This document shows, in pieces, positions 35,642 through 45,110 of a stretch of DNA of 64,000 bases (its first letter is position 1; each line of letters opens with the position of its first letter). The notes below the pieces were generated by a model that was not told the origin of the DNA, did not search any database, and saw only the letters and a program-made list of their open reading frames with translations. Made by a program: the position numbers and the translations under genes. This DNA is from an uncultured delta proteobacterium (GTDB taxonomy: Bacteria; Desulfobacterota; Binatia; UBA9968), in NCBI GenBank assembly GCA_963737905.1, contig CAVTUQ010000008.1, positions 96,001-160,000 on the forward strand, given 5' to 3'.

Positions 35642-35700
35642 GTTTAAAAATTCAAGGATTTTTTAAACTTTGAACCGTTGAACTTGTGAACTTGAACTCT
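35642..35700. repeat. AT-rich inverted repeat plus four short TGAAC repeats
   Basis: GTTTAAAAA...TTTTTAAAC (35642-35668); TGAAC at 35671, 35679, 35687, 35693. Confidence 0.6.
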
Positions 35701-35719
35701 TGGAGCTGCTGCCTGAATT

Positions 35720-36532
35720 ATGAGTCGCATTGAGACAAAATTCGCCGAGCTGAAAAGGCGCGGGGAGGCCGCTTTGATCCCGTTTGTGACTGCGGGAGAC
35801 CCCGATCTTGTGACTACACTGAAGGTCCTTCAGGCCCTGGAAAAGGGTGGTGCGGACTGCATTGAGCTGGGAATCCCGTTCTCCGACCCCACGGCGGACG
35901 GGCCGACTATTCAGCGATCGTCGGAACGCGCCTTGAAAAACGGGTTGTCGTTACCGCGAATCTTTCGGCTGGTCCGCCAGTTTCGCCGGACCTCAGACAT
36001 ACCCGTTGTTCTTTTCGGCTACTTCAATCCGATTTTTCGCTACGGATCGAAGAACTTTTGTCTTGCGGCGGTCCATGCTGGGGCGGACGGGATCCTCTGC
36101 GTCGATCTGCCGCCCGAGGAGAGCGAAGAGCTCAAGCATTGGACCGATGGCAATGGACTGGATCTCATTTTTCTCTTATCCCCTACTAGCGGCCGGGATC
36201 GTGTGCGCCTCGTGGCTGGAAAGGGTCGAGGATTTATTTATTACGTTTCCGTAACCGGCGTCACCGGAGCGCGCCAGGCACTCGATGACCAGCTGCGGTC
36301 GCAGGTCGCGCGAGTACGCCGGGCCACGTCGCTACCCGTCGGAGTCGGTTTTGGAATCTCGACTCCAAAGCAGGCCGCGTGGATCGCCGGCTTTGCCGAT
36401 GCCGCTGTGGTCGGTAGCGCATTAGTCGAAAGAATCGAAAAAGCGAAGGGAGGCGCGGAGAAAGCACGGCGCGCCGGCGCCTTCGTGTCCGAGCTTAAGC
36501 GGGCAATGAAGCAAGTTGCCAAGAAATCTTAG
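35720..36532 (+). CDS. trpA: tryptophan synthase alpha chain
   Basis: AGDPD, ELGIPFSDPTADGPTIQ, YYVSVTGVTG, VGFGIS. Confidence 0.98.
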   Translation: MSRIETKFAELKRRGEAALIPFVTAGDPDLVTTLKVLQALEKGGADCIELGIPFSDPTADGPTIQRSSERALKNGLSLPRIFRLVRQFRRTSDIPVVLFGYFNPIFRYGSKNFCLAAVHAGADGILCVDLPPEESEELKHWTDGNGLDLIFLLSPTSGRDRVRLVAGKGRGFIYYVSVTGVTGARQALDDQLRSQVARVRRATSLPVGVGFGISTPKQAAWIAGFADAAVVGSALVERIEKAKGGAEKARRAGAFVSELKRAMKQVAKKS

Positions 36533-36589
36533 AGCTTGGGCGATTCCTCAGAGGTCGCCCCACAACTCGGGTCCCTTCAACTTATCCCT

Positions 36590-37873
36590 ATGGACTCATA
36601 CGCAGAAACTCTACACACGATCTACAACCTGCGCGGTGGAGTGATCGATCTGCGTTTGGATCGCATGAAGGAGGCCTTATCCCTCTTTGACCACCCCGAA
36701 AAGCAATTTCCCTCGTTTCACATCGCCGGAACCAACGGCAAGGGGTCTACCGCGGCCATGTTGCATCGCATCCTGTCTCAGGCCGGTTATCGCGTCGCTC
36801 TCTACACCTCGCCCCATCTTGTATCTTTCACGGAACGCATACGTGTGGGAGATGAAGAGATTGCTCCAAATGAAGTCGTAGCCTTGGCGCAGGAGATCCG
36901 GGACCGGACTGCAGCCGCTCATGTTCCGCTGACCTTCTTCGAATTCGTTACGGTCATGGCCTTTGTTCACTTTGCCCGGCAAAGGATCGATGTTGCGGTG
37001 GTTGAAGTCGGTTTAGGCGGTAGATTGGATGCAACAAATCTGCTGCGGCCTGTCGTGTCGTTGATCTCGACGATTTCCAAGGACCACGAGGCTTATCTCG
37101 GATCCGATGTGCTTTCTATTGCGCGGGAAAAGGGGGGAATCATAAAGCAGGGTATTCCTGTGGTTTGCGGCGCACTGCCGGCAGATGTCGCGGCCTTGCT
37201 AAAAGATATTGGCGCTGAGCGCAACGCTCCTTCCCACTTTCTTGGCCGTGATTTCACTTTTTCCTTGAAAAACGAGGATCGTTTCGATTATAGAGGTCTA
37301 AAGTGGCGTTTAGGTGACCTCGATATCGCACTCCGCGGTAGGCATCAAAAAAGGAATGCAGCGCTTGCGCTGGCTGGGCTCGAAATTGCGGCGCATGATT
37401 TCCCGGTAAAGGAGGCGGCACTGCGGGAGGGACTAAAAACAGTCCGTTGGCCCGGGCGGTTTGAAGTGGTGCAGGATCATCCCACTATTGTCCTAGATGG
37501 CGCGCATAACGGGGAGGGTGTGAGAGCGCTTATCGAGGAACTCGAAAATTTTCGCGAACAGCGTCGGGTCAAGCTGTTGTTCGCTTCCATGGAAGATAAG
37601 GATTGGCGTCTGATGTTGGAGAGCCTTTCCGAGGTGGTGGATGAGATCGTTTTGACGCGGGTCAATATGCAACGCTGCGCCGATCCTTTTCACCTGGATT
37701 CTCAATTGGGCGGAAAAGTTCCGCACCGAGCCATTGGGAATGTGCCATCAGCGCTCGACTATGTTCTCGATCGCGCGGATTCTAATGACATTATTCTTAT
37801 CGCCGGGTCGCTTTATCTGATCGGTGAAATTCGACCCCTGGTTCAAGAAATCGCTGTGGCAAGATCCGTTTGA
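36590..37873 (+). CDS. folC: bifunctional folylpolyglutamate synthase/dihydrofolate synthase
   Basis: IAGTNGKGST, YTSPHL, EVGLGGRLDATN, WPGRFE, LDGAHN, GSLYL; ATG 36590 preferred. Confidence 0.96.
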   Translation: MDSYAETLHTIYNLRGGVIDLRLDRMKEALSLFDHPEKQFPSFHIAGTNGKGSTAAMLHRILSQAGYRVALYTSPHLVSFTERIRVGDEEIAPNEVVALAQEIRDRTAAAHVPLTFFEFVTVMAFVHFARQRIDVAVVEVGLGGRLDATNLLRPVVSLISTISKDHEAYLGSDVLSIAREKGGIIKQGIPVVCGALPADVAALLKDIGAERNAPSHFLGRDFTFSLKNEDRFDYRGLKWRLGDLDIALRGRHQKRNAALALAGLEIAAHDFPVKEAALREGLKTVRWPGRFEVVQDHPTIVLDGAHNGEGVRALIEELENFREQRRVKLLFASMEDKDWRLMLESLSEVVDEIVLTRVNMQRCADPFHLDSQLGGKVPHRAIGNVPSALDYVLDRADSNDIILIAGSLYLIGEIRPLVQEIAVARSV

Positions 37874-37906
37874 AAAAAATCATCCCAATATTCTCCTTTC
37901 TAAACG

Positions 37907-40285
37907 ATGAACTTAAGAAAAAGTCTCTGCACCCAAGCGATCTTGGCCGTTGTCGCGGTTCTATACGCGGGTTCTTCCTGGGGGCAATCCACACGTCCCG
38001 ATACCCCATCCGATAGCAAGGAAATTGACGTATCCGCGGACAGTCTTTCTTTCGGCAATGGCGGAACGCAGATCGAAGCCACAGGAAGCGTCCAACTCAA
38101 ACGCGAGATGATGACACTCAAAGCCGATGAAGTGCGAATCAACCGTGAAACTAACGACATGGAAGCAAAAGGGAAGGTCTCACTCGACGACCCGAATTGG
38201 AAGGTGAAATCCGCGGAGTCCATGCAGTTCAATATAGAAAAAGAAACCGGTGAGTTTCAGAAAGGCGAGATGTTCATCGAACAGAACCACGTCACTATGG
38301 CAGGACAAAAGCTGCAGAAATTTAGCGGTCAGACGTATCACATCGATAATGGGTTTTTCACCACCTGCTTATGTGAATCCGGCGCGACGCCATGGCGAAT
38401 CTCAGCGGACGAAGTCGACCTTACGCGTGAGGGAACGGGGATTATACGACAGGGCTACTTCTATATTTATGATGTCCCGGTTTTGTATATACCCTACGGT
38501 CTTATCCCACTGCAGAGCGAACGACAAACGGGATTTCTATTTCCACAAGTCGGTCAGTCGAACCAAAATGGATTTAGATACCTGCAGCCCTTTTACTGGG
38601 CGATTTCCAAGAGCACGGATGCTACCTTTTCCTTCAATGTCGAGACGAAGACCCGCCTGGGCGTGCTCGCGGACTTTCGGACCAAAATTGATCGTATCTC
38701 CGATTTTCAATTCCTGCCATCCTTTTTCAATGAGCTGTGGCGCAAGAACGCAGATGCGGACATTGTGGACAAGACGATTGCCGACCCGCACATACCGCTA
38801 CATCGTTGGGGTGTCGTCGGCACTCATCGCTACACGACGGAGAACGACTGGCTCACCTATAGCGACTTCGCGGCCTACGGTGACACTCTGTTTACGCGCG
38901 AGTTGGTGGACCGCTTCGACCTGCCTCCGCAAAGAGAACGGGAAATTCAGGTGAGTCGTTTCGGCCAGTCCCGATTCGGCGCGTTCAAGAATTGGGGGGA
39001 TACTTATTTCAACGGTGACTTGAGGTTCTACCAAGATTTCATCCAATTCGATAAGACGACACTGCAGAGGACGCCGGAGGTATCGTTTTGGGGACGCCGG
39101 TTTCTGAGCGGGTTTCCACTGGAGTTTCGTTGGTGGGCGGAGGGCGTAAACTACCTCCGGAGGCAGGATTGTCCGGGCATGGGGGGCACGACCGGGCAAT
39201 GCGGCGACGGGCTTCGTCTCGATCTTAGACCAGAAGTGGTGTTGCCTTTTCGGATCGCTTCCTACCTGTTTGGATCGGTGAGCGTCGCCCCTCGCGAGAC
39301 AGCCTATTACCTTTACTCACCGGTCACTCCTGGGGATCGAAGCGTTTCCCGAGAACTGGTAGAAATCCGGAGCAATATCGGCACCACCTTGAGCCGCGTC
39401 TTTTCTTGGAATGGTCCAGGCGGCAGCGCGATCAGGCATGTCCTTGAGCCGGAATTGAGCTATTTCTTCGTACCCGGGGTCAACCAGGATAATATTCCTA
39501 TCATGGACGGAGTCGACCGCATACGCCGCAGAAACGTCCTGACCTTCGCGGTCGGAAACCGGTTCTGGAGCCGGACTGCGACCGCCGCACCGGGTGCTGC
39601 TGACAAAGAAGTTGAATCGCTGAACCCTTTCATTTCTAGCGTCCAGGAGTTGGGATCGCTGCGGCTCGCAATGAGTTATGATATTGCTGCAGCGCGAAAA
39701 GGCAGTGATAGCTTGACAGATCTCGATATGAATCTACGCCTCACGCCCATCTATTACCTAAGTTTCGCATTTGACGGTGGGATAAGCCCAGGATCGTGGC
39801 AGATCACACAGGGTCGGGCTACCGTACAGCTCATCGATCCACGTCCGATCACGCGGCGAGCCTTGGATCCGGATTTCATGAGACCGAATGCTGTCAGCTT
39901 GGGGTTTCGCTACTTAGTCAATGGGCCGAACGGATTTCTGGCCTCCAACGCAAATATTAACTTGGATGAGGACCCGCCGAATTGTGCTCGAAATCCCACC
40001 GATCCGCGCTGTCCCTTCGCGCCCAACCCCAAAAGCTTGGTCGGCGATATCGTTGCCAGCTTCTTTTACCACGCCACGGATAATATTCTCTTGAATGTAA
40101 GCTCGATCTATGACGTGATCAATGGCCAGTTTATCGCCGCACGGGGCGCGGTCAAATTGCTCTCGCCCTGTGATTGTTGGACTTTGACTCTTTCCGTAAA
40201 TCAGACCATCAACCCGGCGAAGACGAGCTTCAGCTTCGACTTTAGTCTGCTCGGATTGGGATCACAAAAGAAGAGTACGCTCTAA
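37907..40285 (+). CDS. lptD: LPS-assembly outer-membrane protein LptD
   Basis: Signal peptide, OstA-like N-terminus, FTTC...W.I.A, RQTGFLFP, PFYWAI, CW strand near C-terminus; folC-lptD order. Confidence 0.88.
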   Translation: MNLRKSLCTQAILAVVAVLYAGSSWGQSTRPDTPSDSKEIDVSADSLSFGNGGTQIEATGSVQLKREMMTLKADEVRINRETNDMEAKGKVSLDDPNWKVKSAESMQFNIEKETGEFQKGEMFIEQNHVTMAGQKLQKFSGQTYHIDNGFFTTCLCESGATPWRISADEVDLTREGTGIIRQGYFYIYDVPVLYIPYGLIPLQSERQTGFLFPQVGQSNQNGFRYLQPFYWAISKSTDATFSFNVETKTRLGVLADFRTKIDRISDFQFLPSFFNELWRKNADADIVDKTIADPHIPLHRWGVVGTHRYTTENDWLTYSDFAAYGDTLFTRELVDRFDLPPQREREIQVSRFGQSRFGAFKNWGDTYFNGDLRFYQDFIQFDKTTLQRTPEVSFWGRRFLSGFPLEFRWWAEGVNYLRRQDCPGMGGTTGQCGDGLRLDLRPEVVLPFRIASYLFGSVSVAPRETAYYLYSPVTPGDRSVSRELVEIRSNIGTTLSRVFSWNGPGGSAIRHVLEPELSYFFVPGVNQDNIPIMDGVDRIRRRNVLTFAVGNRFWSRTATAAPGAADKEVESLNPFISSVQELGSLRLAMSYDIAAARKGSDSLTDLDMNLRLTPIYYLSFAFDGGISPGSWQITQGRATVQLIDPRPITRRALDPDFMRPNAVSLGFRYLVNGPNGFLASNANINLDEDPPNCARNPTDPRCPFAPNPKSLVGDIVASFFYHATDNILLNVSSIYDVINGQFIAARGAVKLLSPCDCWTLTLSVNQTINPAKTSFSFDFSLLGLGSQKKSTL

Positions 40286-40317
40286 AGCAAGATCGCCGCC
40301 ATCCAGGCGTGGGGGCG

Positions 40318-41211
40318 TCATACGCCATTCCGGTTCTTTAGCTTGGTTTCGAGCATTCCCAGATAGTGATAGATGCGGCCTTTGCTTCGATATCTGTCTC
40401 TTTCGCTCTTCCCCAACGAATAGAAGGCAAATTGTGCCGTGGCGCGCCCTAGATCAAAAACGATCCGTCCGAATCCCTTATCATCCATAAGTACACGGCT
40501 GTGTCCTTGTTGTTTATGGTGGGTTCTAAAATAATCTTCGGTCAACCGGATCGGGTCTACGCTATGATAGACCACGGCTTCTCTCATATAACCAATCCGA
40601 AAACCTTCCCGGCGAAGGCGGCGTGCAAAGTCTACATCCTCGGAGGTTCCCGAAGCCCCCGGTCCAAGCCGTTCGTCAAAAGGCCCGACCCTGTTGAATG
40701 CTTGGCGCGAAACCGCAAAATTGGCCCCATTAAGGGAATGGAAATGTTTAATATCAGGGCCAAAATCGATAGTTGGGATAGTCCGATATCGATTGATCAG
40801 CGTATGGATTTCCAGATTGTCGGTGCGCGGAGGTCGGATCCGGATGACACCCTGAGCCGCCTGGTATTCCTTTTCCTCAAAAAATTGCTGAACCGCGCAG
40901 AGCCAATTGGGTTGGACGACGACATCATCATCCAAGAAGGCCAGTACATCGCCACCCGCCACTCGCGAGGCCTCGTTCATCACCGCCGATTTGCCGGGGG
41001 TTTGAACCATTAAAAGCGTCAGCGGAAGGGGAAAGTTCTTCGCTACAACGTGCAGAAATCTCCACGTCTCATCTAGAGAATTATTGTCGCCGACAATGAT
41101 TTGAGGCTGGAATTTTTCCAGTCCCTGCAGCTCTTTGACGCTGTCGAGCAGAGCTTGGACCATCCGGGCACGATTCCTTGTAGGAATGATGATGCTGAGC
41201 TTTATCGCCAT
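40318..41211 (-). CDS. glycosyltransferase family 2
   Basis: LSIIIPTRNR, DNNS.D, FLDDD, GANF, FDERLG, SED. Confidence 0.9.
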   Translation of the reverse strand: MAIKLSIIIPTRNRARMVQALLDSVKELQGLEKFQPQIIVGDNNSLDETWRFLHVVAKNFPLPLTLLMVQTPGKSAVMNEASRVAGGDVLAFLDDDVVVQPNWLCAVQQFFEEKEYQAAQGVIRIRPPRTDNLEIHTLINRYRTIPTIDFGPDIKHFHSLNGANFAVSRQAFNRVGPFDERLGPGASGTSEDVDFARRLRREGFRIGYMREAVVYHSVDPIRLTEDYFRTHHKQQGHSRVLMDDKGFGRIVFDLGRATAQFAFYSLGKSERDRYRSKGRIYHYLGMLETKLKNRNGV

Positions 41212-41535
41212 GTTGTTATCCCCATCGAGCCACGAAAATAATCCGCTTCGGTTGAGAACAGGGGCTTAAAATTGCCCGCGTCTGCGTCGATCCGACAAAC
41301 GGGATGACAAACCTTAGCAAATTTGTTACATGAGAATAGTCCGATAACGTTATGAGACAGTCCCCCTCCCCATTAGAAGCTTATCATGTAAAACCTTATC
41401 ATGCTTTTTTAATAATTCTACCAACCCTTCACAATTTTGCCTTTGGGTCGCCCAGGCGGTCGGCGGTTAAAGATTAAGCCGGTTGCCAGTTGCCATGACG
41501 GTCCATTGAGACTCCCAGCACCCAGTTGACCAAAC

Positions 41536-42303
41536 ATGAGATCGCTTTTCCGATACCGCGAGTTGATTCGCAACTTGGTCTTCAAGGACTTGAAGCTCAA
41601 ATACCGGGATTCCACCTTTGGCTTTCTCTGGTCGCTCGCGAACCCGATCCTGGTCATTTCTGTTTACAGCTTTGTTTTCGGGCATCTGATACGGGTGGGT
41701 GTCGAACGCTTTCCTTATTTCATTATGATCGGTCTCCTGGCGTGGAATTTTTTTGCGCAATCTTTGATGATGGCGACGGGAGCTATTCTCGATAACAGCA
41801 ACTTGATCAGAAAGGTTGCGCTTCCAATGGAGGTATTTCCGGTGGCGACCGTGCTATTTAACTTGGCTCAATATCTCCTTGCTCTGATCGTGCTTTTCCC
41901 GTTGGCGTTTGTTTTTTTCGGAGTTTTACCTTCATGGTCCTGGTTGGCTTTTTTGCCGATTTTAGTGCTTCACGTGGGTTTTACACTGGGGGCGTGTTTT
42001 GTCGTTGCGGCCACAACGGTGTTTTTTAGAGATGTGCGCCATTTCACGGAGATCCTATTGATGCTGCTTTTTTGGCTTACCCCGATTATTTATGACATAC
42101 GATCCATAACACCGGCTCTGCAATCCGTGATTTACTTGAATCCTATTTCGTTTTTCACCATGGGGTATCAGAATGCTCTTTACCACAATATTTTTCCGTC
42201 TTTTCAAGAGGTTGTGATCCTCACAATGCTGACTGTTTTGATGATGGTAATGGGCTATACCCTTTTTGTACGTCTCAAAACCCGATTTGCGGAAGAGGTT
42301 TAG
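41536..42303 (+). CDS. wzm: polysaccharide ABC exporter permease (Wzm-like, copy 1)
   Basis: DLKLKYRDSTFGFLWSLANP, FRD, WLTPIIY, LNP; multiple TM helices. Confidence 0.92.
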   Translation: MRSLFRYRELIRNLVFKDLKLKYRDSTFGFLWSLANPILVISVYSFVFGHLIRVGVERFPYFIMIGLLAWNFFAQSLMMATGAILDNSNLIRKVALPMEVFPVATVLFNLAQYLLALIVLFPLAFVFFGVLPSWSWLAFLPILVLHVGFTLGACFVVAATTVFFRDVRHFTEILLMLLFWLTPIIYDIRSITPALQSVIYLNPISFFTMGYQNALYHNIFPSFQEVVILTMLTVLMMVMGYTLFVRLKTRFAEEV

Positions 42304-42307
42304 TTCG

Positions 42308-43057
42308 TTGTCGACGGCGATTGAAGTCACCAACGTCTCAAAGGCCTTTATTATCCGGCATAACCGAAATAATTCGTTGAAGTCGCAGGTGATAGGGATA
42401 TTTCATAAGCGTTTCCGTGAAGAGCGCGAGACTCTTTGGGCATTGAAAGGAGTGAGTTTGGAAATACGCCCGGGCGAAGCTCTTGGGCTCATCGGGAGAA
42501 ATGGTTCGGGGAAGAGCACCTTGCTAAAAATCATCGCGGGAATCTATCCGCCGACTTCAGGGGAGGTGCGTCTATCGAATCCGCGGGTGGGCACCATGAT
42601 CGAACTCGGTGTCGGCTTTCATCCAGAATTAACCGGAGAGGAAAACATCTATTTAGGCGCATCGATCTATGGACTTAGCCGAAAGGAAGTAGATAAGATC
42701 TATCCTAAAGTCGTTGAGTTTTCTGAGCTCGACAGCTTCATGGATACGTCTATAAAAAACTATTCGTCCGGGATGCAGGCCCGATTGGGGTTCGCCCTCG
42801 CTGTTAATCTGGATCCCGATATTCTTCTCGTGGATGAAATTCTGGCGGTGGGAGATGAGGCCTTCCAAAGGAAATGCATGGCACGGATGGAGCAGTTTCG
42901 CAATGCCGGCAAAACCATCGTGTTCGTTTCCCATGGCCCCGAAGATGTCAGAAGGATTTGCGATCGCGCCTGTGTATTGGACGTTGGTTCAGTGGTTTTT
43001 CTGGGAAAGACCGGCGAGGCTATCGACCGATACCATGCGCTCTTAGGTGCCGCGTAG
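42308..43057 (+). CDS. wzt: polysaccharide ABC exporter ATPase (Wzt-like, copy 1, no C-terminal CBM)
   Basis: GRNGSGKST, YSSGM, LLVDEILAVGD, VSH; TTG start 42308; about 249 aa. Confidence 0.92.
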   Translation: MSTAIEVTNVSKAFIIRHNRNNSLKSQVIGIFHKRFREERETLWALKGVSLEIRPGEALGLIGRNGSGKSTLLKIIAGIYPPTSGEVRLSNPRVGTMIELGVGFHPELTGEENIYLGASIYGLSRKEVDKIYPKVVEFSELDSFMDTSIKNYSSGMQARLGFALAVNLDPDILLVDEILAVGDEAFQRKCMARMEQFRNAGKTIVFVSHGPEDVRRICDRACVLDVGSVVFLGKTGEAIDRYHALLGAA

Positions 43058-43529
43058 CCAGATACCGCGCGTGGAATACATCATTCTGCTCGGAAATCTG
43101 CGATTGATCAAAGCTTTTGATGGCGGGCACCGCCTATAAGCCTGCAGGCTGAAGAATACTAGGTGCCCGGTATAGCTGTAGAGTTTTATTCCACAAATCT
43201 CTCAAAGGCAGATTTTGCTTTCTGCTTTTTCATTCCAATTCACAACATTTGCAATAAACTGCTAGCGGTTCTAATTGCTCTATCATCAGGCAGGGGGGTT
43301 AGGAGTTAATGGACGCATAGGGTCTTAGTAGGGTTTTCTTACTCTGATGACCTTTCAGGCGCGCCGTAGGTAACCGATCTTTAAGCTTGAGTTCTTGATG
43401 TCAGCTGGTGTATAAGCGAATTCCTGATGGCGGGAGTCGTGACAAGATCGATAAGCTTCTCATCGACTTTAAAACCAAGCGCCAGTAAGTTTCAGAGACT
43501 GTTCGTTCGAAGCGCAGAGCAACGCAAAT

Positions 43530-45110
43530 ATGTCGCCTGATTGCCATTTAAGTTTTGTCGTGACTACGCGCAATGACAACCATGGGGGCGACATGGTGCG
43601 CCGATTTCAAATCTTTGCGGAGACCCTCCTAGAACAAGCCAATAGGCACTCGCTGGCGGGAGAACTTATTGTGGTCGAATGGAATCCCCCGCCTGGACCA
43701 CGGCTTCATGAGGTTCTGAAACTTCGGGTCAAGTCGGACTGTTTTGCTATAAGATTCATAGAGGTCCCTCCGGAAGTGCATCGAGCGATCCGCAACGCGG
43801 ATGTGATTCCGCTCTTTCAGATGATCGGAAAAAATGTCGGCATCCGCCGTGCGCGGGGAGAATTTGTTCTGGCCACCAACCCCGATCTCCTGTTTTCCGA
43901 TAGCGTCATTGCATTTTTGGCTTCCGATAAGCTCTTATCCGATGTGATGTACCGCATCGACCGGCATGACGTTCCCGCAGAAGTTCCCGACAACGTGTCC
44001 ATAGACCGGCAGCTTGCCTGGTGCGCTGCGAACGTGCTGAGAATCCATGGTCGGCGTGGGAGTTTTCCCCCTCCGCGTCATCTTCTTTCGAGGTTTCGGG
44101 CACGGATTAGAAAGCTGCCGAAGAAACTTAAAGGCCGCGTATCCCTTTGGTGCCGCGCCTTTCGGTACCACCTCTTGTCTTTAAGATGGATGAACCTCAG
44201 ACAGCGGGCTTCAGCCTCCGTGTCCCTTTGGTACCAGCTTTGGTATCTAAGGTTGGTAAAATTAAAACTGGGTGCTTCGGCTTCGTTGTCCCTTTGGTAT
44301 CACCTCTGGTATCTGAGGCTCGCCAAAATAAAAAAATTACTGGGGCAGCTCCCAACTATACTCCATGACCCTAGGCGCTTGGTTTGGATTGTACGTCAGA
44401 ATGGGCCCACTCTGCTCAAAAATCTAATGGTCCAGCTCCCTGCGAAGCTTTTCGGCTTGATTCGACGCTGGCTGTGGGGCCTTACTTACCCTTTGCGCCA
44501 CCTTGCAAAGCTGGTCTGGAGACCTATCAAAAGGTTTTTGACTCGATTTCATCCCTTTCTTATTCTTTACAGTCCGAGGCTCTTAATCCGACGCGTGCTG
44601 TGGGGAGCTTTGCGCCTTACGGATCCTTTACCCAAGGTTCATACCAACGGCTGTGGAGACTTCACATTGATGTCGAGAGCCCAATGGTTAGAACTCCGCG
44701 GCTACCCCGAGCTGCCGCTATGGTCAATGCACATTGACTCTCTTCTCTGTTACATGGCGGTCGCCTCCAGGGTCCAAGAATATACACTACGTCCCCCGGC
44801 CAAGATCTATCATATGGAACACTACAATTCTTGGGCGGTGATGACTCCCGATGAGAAACTGAGAACATTCACTAAGAAACCCTGGATTGACTTCGGTTTG
44901 CTTTCTGACCTCTGGGAAAATATGTATAGGACCACCCGGCCAATCCAGTTCAATACAGAGGGCTGGGGGCTTGCTGACTGGGCCCTGGATGAGGTGATTA
45001 TCCAGTCTGGTGAGAAGCAATACTTCAAACAAAGCCCGGCGGCTACATCTGAGGGAGAACTTACATGGGATTCAATGGATCATCGTCTGTCGGGGCTATC
45101 TCTGTCTTAG
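43530..45110 (+). CDS. GT-A-fold glycosyltransferase-like protein with large cationic insertion
   Basis: SFVVTTRND, VVEWN, KNVGIRRARGEFVLATNPD, HTNGCGDF, HIDS. Confidence 0.65.
   Translation: MSPDCHLSFVVTTRNDNHGGDMVRRFQIFAETLLEQANRHSLAGELIVVEWNPPPGPRLHEVLKLRVKSDCFAIRFIEVPPEVHRAIRNADVIPLFQMIGKNVGIRRARGEFVLATNPDLLFSDSVIAFLASDKLLSDVMYRIDRHDVPAEVPDNVSIDRQLAWCAANVLRIHGRRGSFPPPRHLLSRFRARIRKLPKKLKGRVSLWCRAFRYHLLSLRWMNLRQRASASVSLWYQLWYLRLVKLKLGASASLSLWYHLWYLRLAKIKKLLGQLPTILHDPRRLVWIVRQNGPTLLKNLMVQLPAKLFGLIRRWLWGLTYPLRHLAKLVWRPIKRFLTRFHPFLILYSPRLLIRRVLWGALRLTDPLPKVHTNGCGDFTLMSRAQWLELRGYPELPLWSMHIDSLLCYMAVASRVQEYTLRPPAKIYHMEHYNSWAVMTPDEKLRTFTKKPWIDFGLLSDLWENMYRTTRPIQFNTEGWGLADWALDEVIIQSGEKQYFKQSPAATSEGELTWDSMDHRLSGLSLS
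44141..44335 (+). repeat. intragenic tandem repeat (66-nt unit plus a degenerate copy)
   Basis: GTCCCTTTGGTA at 44222 and 44288, ATCCCTTTGG at 44141; peptide ASASVSLWYQLWYLRLVKLK / ASASLSLWYHLWYLRLAKIK. Confidence 0.8.

Noticed and set aside
41380-41470. CTTATCATG direct repeat (41380, 41395) and an ops/JUMPstart-like GGCGGTCGGCGG
   Set aside because: Does not match GGCGGTAGCGT; the 9-mer pair is too little evidence to name a regulator
43300-43380. SD plus 3-codon ORF (ATGGACGCATAG) and a CTGATGA hammerhead-like core
   Set aside because: The required GAAA after the stem is missing; the mini-ORF has no other support
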